This document shows, piece after piece, positions 1 to 9,229 of a stretch of DNA of 64,000 nucleotides. Both the position numbers and the translations under genes were made by a program. The notes beneath the pieces are model-generated. The model was given only the letters and a program-made list of their open reading frames with translations. It searched no databases and was not told the DNA's origin. Position 1 is the stretch's first letter. The number at the start of each line of letters is the position of its first letter. This DNA comes from Spirochaetota bacterium. Lineage in GTDB: Bacteria; Spirochaetota; UBA4802; UB4802. Location: NCBI GenBank assembly GCA_026414805.1, contig JAOAIH010000003.1, forward strand, positions 26,314 to 90,313, written 5' to 3'.

Positions 1-249
1 CATATTTTATAGCACGATTATTCAATCTTTTATTATACAAACAATTATAAAAACAATTACATTTATAAGAACATAGTGCTGGTTTATATTAATTTTTAAA
101 AAGCCTATAATCATTACTTCATAGATTTATGCGATAGTTACTGATGAATTATTTATATATTATTAAAATTTGCTGGATTTTTTATTGCTATTTTTGTAAT
201 ATTGTATAAAATATATTTAATATCTTAACAAATCCTGGGAGGTATTTGC

Positions 250-492
250 ATGGGTTTAATAACCGATAAGATCAGAGAAAATGCTGAAAAATGCAAATCA
301 TGCGCATTTCTTAAAATAAGAAATGCAGAAATTGATAAAAACAGTGTTCTTTACGATGAGGCCATGTTGACATTAGAAGGTGTTTACAGGGCCAGCTGTA
401 CCATGTGCCCCTTTGAAAAGGACTTTGAAAAGGTTTATGGTATGAAACCTTATGAATATTTCCCAATGAGGGTAGCAAAAAAGGAAGCATAA
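250..492 (+). CDS. Small hypothetical protein with two CxxC motifs (possible metal-binding)
   Basis: 80-aa ORF with a strong RBS (GGAGGT) before the ATG; motifs CKSC and CTMC. Confidence 0.7.
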   Translation: MGLITDKIRENAEKCKSCAFLKIRNAEIDKNSVLYDEAMLTLEGVYRASCTMCPFEKDFEKVYGMKPYEYFPMRVAKKEA

Positions 493-511
493 TAATTGTA
501 CTATAAACACA

Positions 512-1201
512 ATGGCTTTAAATAGATGTGTAGTTTTGCTCAGCGGTGGATTAGATTCCGCAACTGCTGCTGCAGTTGCTAAGAGTAGAGGTTTTTCTCT
601 GTATGCACTTACTTTTATATATGGACAGCGGCATGATATTGAGGTTGAGTATGCAAAAAAAATTGCAAACTTCCTCAATATTGTTAATCATGAAATTGTA
701 GTTTTGCCTGATATTCTCTTTAAGTCTTCTTCATTGGTCAGAGCATCAGGAAAAGAAATTCTGAATAATCAAACTGATAGTATTCCAGCAACTTATGTCC
801 CAGCCAGGAATATTGTCTTTCTTTCAATGGCATTGGCATATGCTGAGACTATTAATGCATCGCACATTTTTATTGGAGTGAATGCTGTTGATTATAGTGG
901 CTATCCTGATTGCAGGCCTCAGTTTATACAAGCCTTTCAAAAAGTGGTTGAAATTGGCACTAAAAGTGGTGTCAATGGGAACCCAATAATAATTGAAACA
1001 CCCCTAATTGGTTTGACTAAAGGCCAAATAATAAAGTTGGGTATTTCATTAGGAATGGATTACTCATTGACAACAAGCTGTTACAATCCAGCAGATAATG
1101 GCAGTCCGTGTGGTGTGTGTGATAGTTGCCGTATACGGCAAAAAGGATTTTTAGACGCAGGCATAAGCGACCCTGCCTCAAAAAGAAACTATGGCAAATA
1201 G
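512..1201 (+). CDS. queC: 7-cyano-7-deazaguanine synthase
   Basis: SGGLDS PP-loop, TYVPARN, YPDCRP, and the C-terminal Zn motif C-x(8)-CGVCDSC. Confidence 0.95.
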   Translation: MALNRCVVLLSGGLDSATAAAVAKSRGFSLYALTFIYGQRHDIEVEYAKKIANFLNIVNHEIVVLPDILFKSSSLVRASGKEILNNQTDSIPATYVPARNIVFLSMALAYAETINASHIFIGVNAVDYSGYPDCRPQFIQAFQKVVEIGTKSGVNGNPIIIETPLIGLTKGQIIKLGISLGMDYSLTTSCYNPADNGSPCGVCDSCRIRQKGFLDAGISDPASKRNYGK

Positions 1202-1916
1202 TAAATTTATCACATTATTACATTATGCAATATTTGATACAGTGTTTCCTTCTTTTTGTGCATACTGTGGGAAGATGATATCTATTAACGATTCCGGTGT
1301 GTGCTATCAATGTTGTAGTAAGCTTGAAAAGATAATTCAAAATTATTCAGGAGAATATATCTTTTCATTGGAAGAATCAATACATGGGAAACGACAATGG
1401 TTCCTGGATAGTGGGGTTTGGTTATTTAAATATGAAGAGCCCATCCCCACACTGATTTATGATATGAAATTTAAGTATAATAAATCTATTGCCAATTTAT
1501 TTGCACAATATTGTATTATGGCAATTAGTTTACAAAAATGGCAGTTTGATTATATAACTTATGTTCCTGTTTCTAATGATCGCTTATGGAAAAGAGGGTT
1601 TAATCAATCAGAACTTATAGCACAACATGTTAGTAAAGCTTGCAATAAAGATGTGTTACCGTTGTTTTATTTAAAAAATGAAAAAGCTGTACAGAAAAAG
1701 TTAAGTAGTAATGAGCGATTTATTAATACTTACAATAAATTTGGTATATACACTGGTTATGATGAAATAAAAAATAAATCATTGCTTATTGTTGATGATG
1801 TGTATACAACCGGAGCTACTATCAACGAATGTGCACGTCTTCTTAAACAGCAAGGTGTAAGAAATGTTTTTGCCTGCATTGTTGCCTATGCCATGTTACG
1901 TGAAATGGTTTGTTAA
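1191..1916 (+). CDS. comF: ComF family protein (double zinc ribbon plus PRTase domain)
   Basis: N-terminal CAYC/CYQC, RGFNQSE, and LIVDDVYTTGAT PRPP-binding loop. Confidence 0.85.
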   Translation: MANSKFITLLHYAIFDTVFPSFCAYCGKMISINDSGVCYQCCSKLEKIIQNYSGEYIFSLEESIHGKRQWFLDSGVWLFKYEEPIPTLIYDMKFKYNKSIANLFAQYCIMAISLQKWQFDYITYVPVSNDRLWKRGFNQSELIAQHVSKACNKDVLPLFYLKNEKAVQKKLSSNERFINTYNKFGIYTGYDEIKNKSLLIVDDVYTTGATINECARLLKQQGVRNVFACIVAYAMLREMVC

Positions 1917-2093
1917 TTGGATATTGTTGATTATAACCTGTAATAATTGTGATCTAGATATATATTTATATAATAGTTGTATTCAAAATGTTGTCACTGT
2001 ACAATGTAAAAAAAATAAATATTGTAATTGTTTATGGTATGAATTATAATTTATGTACAATAGAATGGTAAACTATTACACAAGAGGTGAAAT

Positions 2094-2420
2094 ATGAAAA
2101 TTAAAAAGGATGAAAATTTAGCCATAATTACATTAGATGGAAGGATAGATCAGGAAATGTCAGAGGATCTTGAAAATGCACTGCAAAAACTAATTGATGA
2201 AGGTTATAATAATATTTGCATGGATATGACTGATGTAAAACATATATGTAGTTCTGCTTTAGGTGTTATAGTTGCCTTTAAAAGAAAGATTAAAAATGAG
2301 GGTGATATAAAATTAGTTATAACCAATGAAAATCTGCTTAAGCTTTTTCAAACAACAATGCTTGATAAAGTCTTTGAAATATTTGAATCGCAACGTGAAT
2401 GTTTGAGTGCTTTTGATTGA
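2094..2420 (+). CDS. STAS-domain anti-sigma-factor antagonist
   Basis: 108 aa; LDGRID and DMTDVKHICSSALG, with the phosphorylatable Ser in the usual xSSxLG position. Confidence 0.85.
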   Translation: MKIKKDENLAIITLDGRIDQEMSEDLENALQKLIDEGYNNICMDMTDVKHICSSALGVIVAFKRKIKNEGDIKLVITNENLLKLFQTTMLDKVFEIFESQRECLSAFD

Positions 2421-2438
2421 TAAAGGAATACTACGTGT

Positions 2439-3419
2439 ATGACACCCAGAAAAGATTTGCAATCGATACTGAAACCAATAGAACATTACCTTATAGCTGT
2501 TGATGAGGCCATTAAAAGTAAATTGCATACAGGCATTACGCTTTTAGATGAAAGCAGCATGCATACGTTTAAGAAGAGTGGAAAAAAGATTCGTGCCTCA
2601 ATGATTATTTTATCAAGTGGTTTGAATAATGAAATACCTGATGATATTATTGATATTGCGTGTGCTGCTGAAATTATTCATGCTGCCTCTTTAGTACATG
2701 ACGATATTATTGATAATGCAGATTTACGCAGGGGATTGCCAACTGTAGCGAAGCAATATGGACCAAAGGTTGCGGTACTAGCAGGTGATTATATGTATAC
2801 TAAAGCATTAGAGATTGCTGTTGGTAATAATCGTACGGACCTTTTCCCTATTATGGTTGATGCAACAACAGAAATGGTGAAAGGTGAATTATATCAAATA
2901 CAATATTCTAATATAGATAATATAACTATTGATAATTATTTCCGCATTATTGAGATGAAGACAGCCCGTTTTATGGCTGCCTGTGCAAAGTTGGGTGCAC
3001 GGGTGGCAAAAATGGATGAAAAAAAGTCAGATACATTATACGATTGCGGATTACAGTTAGGATATGCTTTCCAAATAACAGATGATGCGATGGATTATCT
3101 TAACAACTCTGCTCTCACTGGTAAAGATGCTGGTAATGATTTTATAAATGGTAAAATTACTTTACCCTTATTGAGGTTATTACAAATAGCTGAAAAAAAA
3201 GAAAAAGAATTGTTGATGCGATATGCCAAACAACCTGACAAACAAAACTGGCTTTATGTGCTTGAAAAAGCAAATAAGTATAATGTGGTTGAATATTGTA
3301 TACAGGTTGCATCAGAGTATGTACAAAGGGCAGTGGAGTGTCTTTCTGTATTTCCTGATAGCCAATTTAAAAATATAATGTGCGAATTAGCCTTATTCTT
3401 TATTGACAGAAGATATTAA
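2439..3419 (+). CDS. Polyprenyl diphosphate synthase (IspB/HepT-like)
   Basis: GKKIRA, first Asp-rich motif HDDIID..RRG, KTA, second motif QITDD. Confidence 0.9.
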   Translation: MTPRKDLQSILKPIEHYLIAVDEAIKSKLHTGITLLDESSMHTFKKSGKKIRASMIILSSGLNNEIPDDIIDIACAAEIIHAASLVHDDIIDNADLRRGLPTVAKQYGPKVAVLAGDYMYTKALEIAVGNNRTDLFPIMVDATTEMVKGELYQIQYSNIDNITIDNYFRIIEMKTARFMAACAKLGARVAKMDEKKSDTLYDCGLQLGYAFQITDDAMDYLNNSALTGKDAGNDFINGKITLPLLRLLQIAEKKEKELLMRYAKQPDKQNWLYVLEKANKYNVVEYCIQVASEYVQRAVECLSVFPDSQFKNIMCELALFFIDRRY

Positions 3420-3478
3420 TTGATATATTATATTAAATTAGAAATATTAATTTTATTTTTATTTTATAGAGGCCTGAT

Positions 3479-3700
3479 ATGATAACAAAAGAAAAAGAAG
3501 AGGTTTTGCGTTTATACAATGCTGGATTAGAAGCTTACAAAAAGCGAAAATGGGATGAAGCAATAGAGTTTTTTGATAAAGCATTAAAAGTTGATCCTAA
3601 TGATGGTCCATCAAAATTGTATCTGGAAAGATCTAAACAATATAAACTAACACCACCACCAGATGATTGGGATGGTGTATTTACAATGACAACAAAATAG
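3479..3700 (+). CDS. Small standalone TPR protein
   Basis: 73 aa; single TPR (YNAGLEAY...FDKALKVDPNDGPS) followed by a PPPDDWDGVFTMTTK tail. Confidence 0.75.
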   Translation: MITKEKEEVLRLYNAGLEAYKKRKWDEAIEFFDKALKVDPNDGPSKLYLERSKQYKLTPPPDDWDGVFTMTTK

Positions 3701-3811
3701 AAAATAATTTGCAAATTAAGCTTGTATAATAAAATTCATTAATAAAAATTGTTAAAATAATTTTGCCCTGTCAATACAAATGATTAATTTTTCTACAAGA
3801 AGGTATGTGAA

Positions 3812-4234
3812 ATGGCTAAAAAAGTTATTCAGATTAATAAGAATCCAGTATATGAAATTGGAATGATAGCTACTGTGTTTGGTAAGGATACAGAATTTTA
3901 TGGGGACCTCACGTTTGAAAAATCATTACAGATTAATGGTTATTTTGAAGGTGAAATTGCTTCGGGTGATTTTTTGGTTATAGGTGAGAAGGCAACAGTA
4001 AAAGCTAATATTAAAGCAAACACTGTTATCATAAAAGGTACGGTCTATGGCAATATAGAAGCAAAAGATAAAATTGAAATACAAAGCGATGGTAAACTCT
4101 TTGGAAACATACGGACATCAAAACTCATTATTGCTGATGGTGTTGTGTTTGAGGGAAAATGTGAAATGATTAAAACTCCCGTACCTGTGCAGAAGCAAAA
4201 GCAAAACCAGAAAGAGCCAGTTGCTAAAGATTAA
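3812..4234 (+). CDS. Bactofilin (polymer-forming cytoskeletal protein)
   Basis: Beta-helix repeats: FGKDTEFYGDL, IGEKATVKANI, GNIRTSKLIIADGVVFEGKCEM. Confidence 0.9.
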   Translation: MAKKVIQINKNPVYEIGMIATVFGKDTEFYGDLTFEKSLQINGYFEGEIASGDFLVIGEKATVKANIKANTVIIKGTVYGNIEAKDKIEIQSDGKLFGNIRTSKLIIADGVVFEGKCEMIKTPVPVQKQKQNQKEPVAKD

Positions 4235-4262
4235 TGTTTTGTAAAAATACAATAAGGCAATT

Positions 4263-5717
4263 ATGACAAATGATATAGCAAAAAAAATTGGAAATTGTTT
4301 ATACGAAATACCTAAGGATTATAAAAAAGGGATGCGTGTGCCTGCGCGTATCTATGCATCAGAAGAGTTGCTCAGCACCATGGATGCTGCTGTATTTGAG
4401 CAACTTACCAATGTTGCCATGCTTCCTGGTATACAGCGTTATGCGTTATGTATGCCTGATGGCCATTCCGGATATGGTTTTCCAATAGGCGGAGTTGCAG
4501 CAATTGATACTGAGGATGGGGTCATTTCACCAGGAGGAATTGGGTTTGATATTAATTGTGGTGTAAGGTTTTTTATTACAAACTTAACATTCCAGGAGCT
4601 ATCGCCAAAGCTGAATCAGATTATGGATATACTATTTTCCCGAATACCCAGTGGAGTAGGAGGGAAAGGCATAGTATCATTAAACGATAGGCAATTTGAT
4701 GAGGCAATGACCAAAGGTGCACGGTGGGCTATAGAGCATGGTTATGGTATCAGTGATGATTTAAATTTTTGTGAGGAAAATGGCTGTATTGCTAATGCTA
4801 AACCTGAAGCTGTTTCTGGTAAAGCACGTGAGCGCGGAAAAGAACAGATTGGATCCCTTGGTTCGGGGAATCATTATCTAGAGTTTCAGGTTATACGAAG
4901 TAATGATATATTTAACAAAGATATTGCTGATAAATTTGGTATCACAGGTAATGATCAAATAGCGTGCATGATACATTGCGGAAGTAGAGGATTTGGACAT
5001 CAAATAGCAACTGATTATTTGGAACAGTTTATATCAGTTATGAAGCAGAAATACCATATCGATATTCCTGATCGAGAGCTTGCATGTGCGCCATTTTATT
5101 CTAAAGAGGGGCAGTCATATTTTCATGCAATGAATTGTGCAATTAACATTGCTTTTCTTAACCGCCAATTAATATTTCATATCGTGAGGGATACACTAAG
5201 TCAGGTATTTAAAAAATCTCCTGAAGAGTTGGGAATCAAATTGATATATGATGTGTGCCATAACACAGCAAAAATTGAACACTACGAAATTAACGGAAAA
5301 AATAAAAAGTTACTGGTTCATAGAAAAGGTGCAACGAGGGCATTTACTAAAGGAATGCAAGGGATTCCGGAACAATACAGGGAGATAGGGCAACCTGTCT
5401 TAGTTGGTGGAAGTATGCAATCTGCATCATATATTCTGGTTGGTGGTACTAATGCAAAAGATTCTTTTTACAGCACTGTTCATGGAAGTGGGCGGGTAAT
5501 GTCACGGCAGCAGGCTAAAAAACGCTTCAAAGGAAGGGAGCTTGCTGATCAGATGGAAAAAAGTGGCATTACAATAAGAACACGCTCATTTTCAGGATTG
5601 GCTGAGGAAGCTGGTGCAGCGTATAAGGACATTGATGATGTAATTGAGGCAATTACTCAGGCCCAATTAAGTATTCCTGTTGCACGAATGATTCCAATAG
5701 GTTCTATTAAAGGATGA
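4263..5717 (+). CDS. rtcB: RNA 3'-phosphate/5'-OH ligase RtcB, long archaeal-like form
   Basis: MPDGHSGYGFPIGG, GFDINCG, GSGNHYLE, HCGSRG, HRKGAT, HGSGR, AYKDID. Confidence 0.95.
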   Translation: MTNDIAKKIGNCLYEIPKDYKKGMRVPARIYASEELLSTMDAAVFEQLTNVAMLPGIQRYALCMPDGHSGYGFPIGGVAAIDTEDGVISPGGIGFDINCGVRFFITNLTFQELSPKLNQIMDILFSRIPSGVGGKGIVSLNDRQFDEAMTKGARWAIEHGYGISDDLNFCEENGCIANAKPEAVSGKARERGKEQIGSLGSGNHYLEFQVIRSNDIFNKDIADKFGITGNDQIACMIHCGSRGFGHQIATDYLEQFISVMKQKYHIDIPDRELACAPFYSKEGQSYFHAMNCAINIAFLNRQLIFHIVRDTLSQVFKKSPEELGIKLIYDVCHNTAKIEHYEINGKNKKLLVHRKGATRAFTKGMQGIPEQYREIGQPVLVGGSMQSASYILVGGTNAKDSFYSTVHGSGRVMSRQQAKKRFKGRELADQMEKSGITIRTRSFSGLAEEAGAAYKDIDDVIEAITQAQLSIPVARMIPIGSIKG

Positions 5718-6163
5718 GTAGCGATAGTCAAGAGTATTTTGAATTTGTTGAAGATATTACATTAGCGGATATAGCAATCCACTGTAAAGCCAAAACAGTT
5801 GAAAGGATATTTGCTCTGAATGCTGAAGCGCTATTGCATGTATGTCTTGAGAACCCATCAAAATTAAAACAAAATGAGCCATACCATGTTTCAGTAAAAC
5901 ATACGTACCTTGATCTTTTGCTGGTTAAATTTATAAACGAATTGATATTTATTAAAGATACTAGTGGGTTGCTGCTTTATCCTGAAACTGTAAAGGTAAC
6001 AAATACTGGTGATGGTATTACATGTGAGGTTGATTGTATTGGTGATTATATAATAAATGGGTATGATATTAATGTTGATCCCAAAGCAGCAACAATGCAT
6101 AAAGCAAAATGTGAAAAAATAAATAATGATGAATGGGAATCATTTATAGTGATAGATGTATAA
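5714..6163 (+). CDS. Archease
   Basis: 149 aa; N-terminal TLAD, C-terminal KAATMH...IVIDV; ATGA overlap with the rtcB stop. Confidence 0.85.
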   Translation: MSSDSQEYFEFVEDITLADIAIHCKAKTVERIFALNAEALLHVCLENPSKLKQNEPYHVSVKHTYLDLLLVKFINELIFIKDTSGLLLYPETVKVTNTGDGITCEVDCIGDYIINGYDINVDPKAATMHKAKCEKINNDEWESFIVIDV

Positions 6164-6193
6164 TAACTTTGATTAATGTTAAGTGGGGTAAAA

Positions 6194-7081
6194 ATGGCAA
6201 TAATCATTGATGGCAAAGCGATAGCCAATGAAATTAAAGAAGAGATTAAGCAAGAAGTAGTAAAGTTAGAAAGTCAACACGGTAAAAAGCCAACCCTAGC
6301 TGTGATATTGGTGGGAAATAATCCTGCTTCACAAGTATATGTACGAATGAAAAAGAAATCATCTGAGGAAGTGGGAATCAACTCTTTGCAAATACTTTTG
6401 GATGAAAACACCACTCAAGAAGAATTGCTGACATTAATTAGTAAACTAAACAGTGATACCACTGTGAATGGTATCCTGGTCCAGTTGCCGTTGCCAGAAC
6501 ATATAAATGAAAATGAAATTATTAATGCAATTGATCCAATAAAGGATGTTGATGGTTTTCATCCGGTGAATGTGGGCAAACTTGTAATAGGCCAACAGGA
6601 TTGTTTTATTCCCTGTACTCCTTACGGATGTCAGGAACTAATTATACGGACTATCCCAGAAATTAAAGGAAAACATGTAGTTGTTGTTGGACGCAGCAAT
6701 ATAGTTGGAAAGCCGCTGGCCAATTTAATGATGCAAAAAGACAGCAGAGCAAACTGTATTGTAACAATATGTCATACCGCAACACAAGATATAGGATTTT
6801 ATACTAAACAGGCGGATATTCTTGTTGTAGCTGTTGGTAAAGCAAACATAATTACCAAAGATATGGTAAAAGAAGGTGCAGTAGTTATTGATGTTGGTAT
6901 AAACAGAATAGATGACCCTGATAATCCGGGAAAAACAAAATTAGTTGGTGATGTAAAATTTGATGAAGTGAGTGAAGTAGCGTATGCTATAACTCCTGTT
7001 CCTGGTGGAGTAGGGCCAATGACAATAGCTATGTTGTTAAAAAATACAGTTAAAGCGTTTAAATTGCAAAACAATATATAA
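6194..7081 (+). CDS. folD: Methylenetetrahydrofolate dehydrogenase/cyclohydrolase
   Basis: IIDGK, YVRMK, KDVDGFH, PCTP, GRSNIVGKP, TPVPGGVGPMT; start moved from 6176 to the ATG at 6194. Confidence 0.97.
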   Translation: MAIIIDGKAIANEIKEEIKQEVVKLESQHGKKPTLAVILVGNNPASQVYVRMKKKSSEEVGINSLQILLDENTTQEELLTLISKLNSDTTVNGILVQLPLPEHINENEIINAIDPIKDVDGFHPVNVGKLVIGQQDCFIPCTPYGCQELIIRTIPEIKGKHVVVVGRSNIVGKPLANLMMQKDSRANCIVTICHTATQDIGFYTKQADILVVAVGKANIITKDMVKEGAVVIDVGINRIDDPDNPGKTKLVGDVKFDEVSEVAYAITPVPGGVGPMTIAMLLKNTVKAFKLQNNI

Positions 7082-7084
7082 ATA

Positions 7085-7113
7085 AAAAAACCCCGCAATG
7101 AGCGGGGTTTTTT
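7085..7113. terminator. Bidirectional intrinsic terminator between folD and qrcD-like gene
   Basis: AAAAAA CCCCGC AATGA GCGGGG TTTTTT between convergent genes. Confidence 0.85.
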
Positions 7114-7130
7114 AACTAATGTGTTTTTAA

Positions 7131-8363
7131 TTAGTGAGCTACCTTTTCATGTTTTTCAGGGAATAGTGGTATATATTTAGCAAACCACATATAGATAAGA
7201 ATCATGCATGCTATTGAACCTAAAAATATAAACCACTCCTGAATTGTTGGATTATATCCAAAGAAATCTTGCCATGGGAAATTTGGAACAGAAAATCCAT
7301 GAAGTAGAACATCTACTTTTAACATAACTATCGCTAAAACTCCACTTATCAAACCTGTAATAAAATATTTCTCGTTTTCACGCAATTTTTTTACATTAAG
7401 TATAACAATTGCCGCAAGTGAAGCCAGCAATTCCACTGCTACTACCCACCATCCATAATATCCACCCATCAGATCAACAAATTTCCTATCAAAAAGTGGA
7501 ACAAAGTGTGTTGCTAGTGTATAAAGATCATATACTCTGAAAAGGAAGTAAGCAATAAATGTTACACCAGCAATTTGTGCCAATGTCATATAAGATTCTT
7601 TGGGAACAAGTTCTTTCTTCATGACCCAGCTTGCAACTTTTGGTGCTAACATCATCAAGCATGGGCCACCAGCTATTGCAGCTACTATCGCCAAATAGAA
7701 ATAATGATGTCTAAACCAATAAGGTTTGGCATATAAAACGCCCCACATTCCTCCACCAAGAGAACCCTGATGGAAAAATGAAAGGAATGTACCGATAGCA
7801 GCAAATATCCACATTAGTTTGTGTAGGTAATGGGCGGTATAATGTACAACCGGGTATCTATCAAGATATTTGTTGCTTAATATAATGGGAAACAACTCAA
7901 TGCACAAAACTATGAAATAAAATGTTAAACACCACACTACTTCAGTGAGCATTGATTGTGGCATTGTATGTGGGCCCCAGTTGGGATACGCATAACCAAA
8001 CCATGCTCTGAGTGGTTGGCCGATATCAAACACAAGTAGGATAAAAGTAAATAGGTAACACATGAAACCAATAAGGACAGTGGAATTTATTAATGGCTGT
8101 AACTTATCAACCCTGAAAATATAAAGCATAAATCCAGTAAAAAATGCTCCACCGCCGAGTGCAACAAAGCCTAAGTCACCAATAATCCATAAGCCCATGG
8201 CAAATCGATTATTCATATCGGTGTATCCTAAGCCCCAGAATAAGATCTGAATACCAAAGATTACAAAAAGGGCTACCAGTGCAAAGAGCACATACAGAGA
8301 AATCTGTATATTCCTTGAGTAGCTATTCCATTCATTTTTCAAAAATTCAATTACTTTGCTCAC
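7131..8363 (-). CDS. NrfD/PsrC-family integral membrane subunit, QrcD-like
   Basis: About 10 TM segments, DLGFVALGGGAF, DIGQPLR, HQGSLGG; last gene of a cytochrome c/Mo-family/FeS operon. Confidence 0.8.
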   Translation of the reverse strand: MSKVIEFLKNEWNSYSRNIQISLYVLFALVALFVIFGIQILFWGLGYTDMNNRFAMGLWIIGDLGFVALGGGAFFTGFMLYIFRVDKLQPLINSTVLIGFMCYLFTFILLVFDIGQPLRAWFGYAYPNWGPHTMPQSMLTEVVWCLTFYFIVLCIELFPIILSNKYLDRYPVVHYTAHYLHKLMWIFAAIGTFLSFFHQGSLGGGMWGVLYAKPYWFRHHYFYLAIVAAIAGGPCLMMLAPKVASWVMKKELVPKESYMTLAQIAGVTFIAYFLFRVYDLYTLATHFVPLFDRKFVDLMGGYYGWWVVAVELLASLAAIVILNVKKLRENEKYFITGLISGVLAIVMLKVDVLLHGFSVPNFPWQDFFGYNPTIQEWFIFLGSIACMILIYMWFAKYIPLFPEKHEKVAH

Positions 8364-8385
8364 GGTTTACTCTCCTTCTACTTTT

Positions 8386-9216
8386 TTAGGAGTTTTTAAA
8401 TCCAGATATTTTATCACGAAGCCATTGCTGGCTTGTTAAATAATAAACTTTTGGATTTGGATATTCTTTGATTTTGATCCTTTTTTCATATTCAGACGGA
8501 TCTTTTGTTTTGAGTTCATCAATAGAATGCACAAGCCTAACAGCTCGGGGATCCTTCTGTACTTTTGGCTCATATACTGGCGAAGTAGGGTCATTAAGGT
8601 CGCCAAAAATTATAGCATTTGTTGGGCATGCACTGGCACATGCCGGGGTATATGTAACAGCATTGATATCAGTTATTCCTTTTGCAATAGCCTTATCACG
8701 TTCACGTTTCCAGATGTGTGAGCAAAATGTACATTTAACCATGGTACCGCGGGAAGCAATAGATACGTCAGGATTGAGGGATTCTTTAAAAGAACCTTCG
8801 TAGCGTGGTTTCCACCAGTGGAACACACGCGCTTCATACGGGCATGCTACCTGGCAGTACCTACAGCCTATGCATCGTGACCATATCTGGCTAACGACAC
8901 CATCATCGCCAACATCGGTAGCAACTACCGGGCATACAGTAACACATGGTGGATGCGGATGTTTTGGATCATTTCCTGAGCACTGCTGACACATCTTTGG
9001 TATATACGCAACTTTTACATCAGGGTACTGTGCCTTTGGATCCTTATCGTTTGTTACTTCTATCAGATCAAGAAAAGTGACTCTTTTTGGCACATCAGAA
9101 TCATCTTTAAAAATTGGAAGATTGTTTTCCTGAGAGCAGGCAATGTTACATGCTCCGCATCCAGTACATTTATCTAAATCTATAACCATTCCCCATCTTC
9201 TTGTCATTGTGGCCAT
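8386..9216 (-). CDS. 4Fe-4S dicluster protein, QrcC-like
   Basis: WGMVIDLDKCTGCGACNIAC, CQQC, CVTVCP, CIGCRYCQVACP, KCTFC, CASACP. Confidence 0.85.
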   Translation of the reverse strand: MATMTRRWGMVIDLDKCTGCGACNIACSQENNLPIFKDDSDVPKRVTFLDLIEVTNDKDPKAQYPDVKVAYIPKMCQQCSGNDPKHPHPPCVTVCPVVATDVGDDGVVSQIWSRCIGCRYCQVACPYEARVFHWWKPRYEGSFKESLNPDVSIASRGTMVKCTFCSHIWKRERDKAIAKGITDINAVTYTPACASACPTNAIIFGDLNDPTSPVYEPKVQKDPRAVRLVHSIDELKTKDPSEYEKRIKIKEYPNPKVYYLTSQQWLRDKISGFKNS

Positions 9217-9229
9217 AATTGTTCACCTC

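Noticed and set aside
512-1201. queC as part of a Dpd or QatABCD-type defence or DNA-modification island
   Set aside because: Canonical QueC length and motifs, housekeeping neighbours, and no dpdA, TGT paralog, TatD or ATPase nearby.
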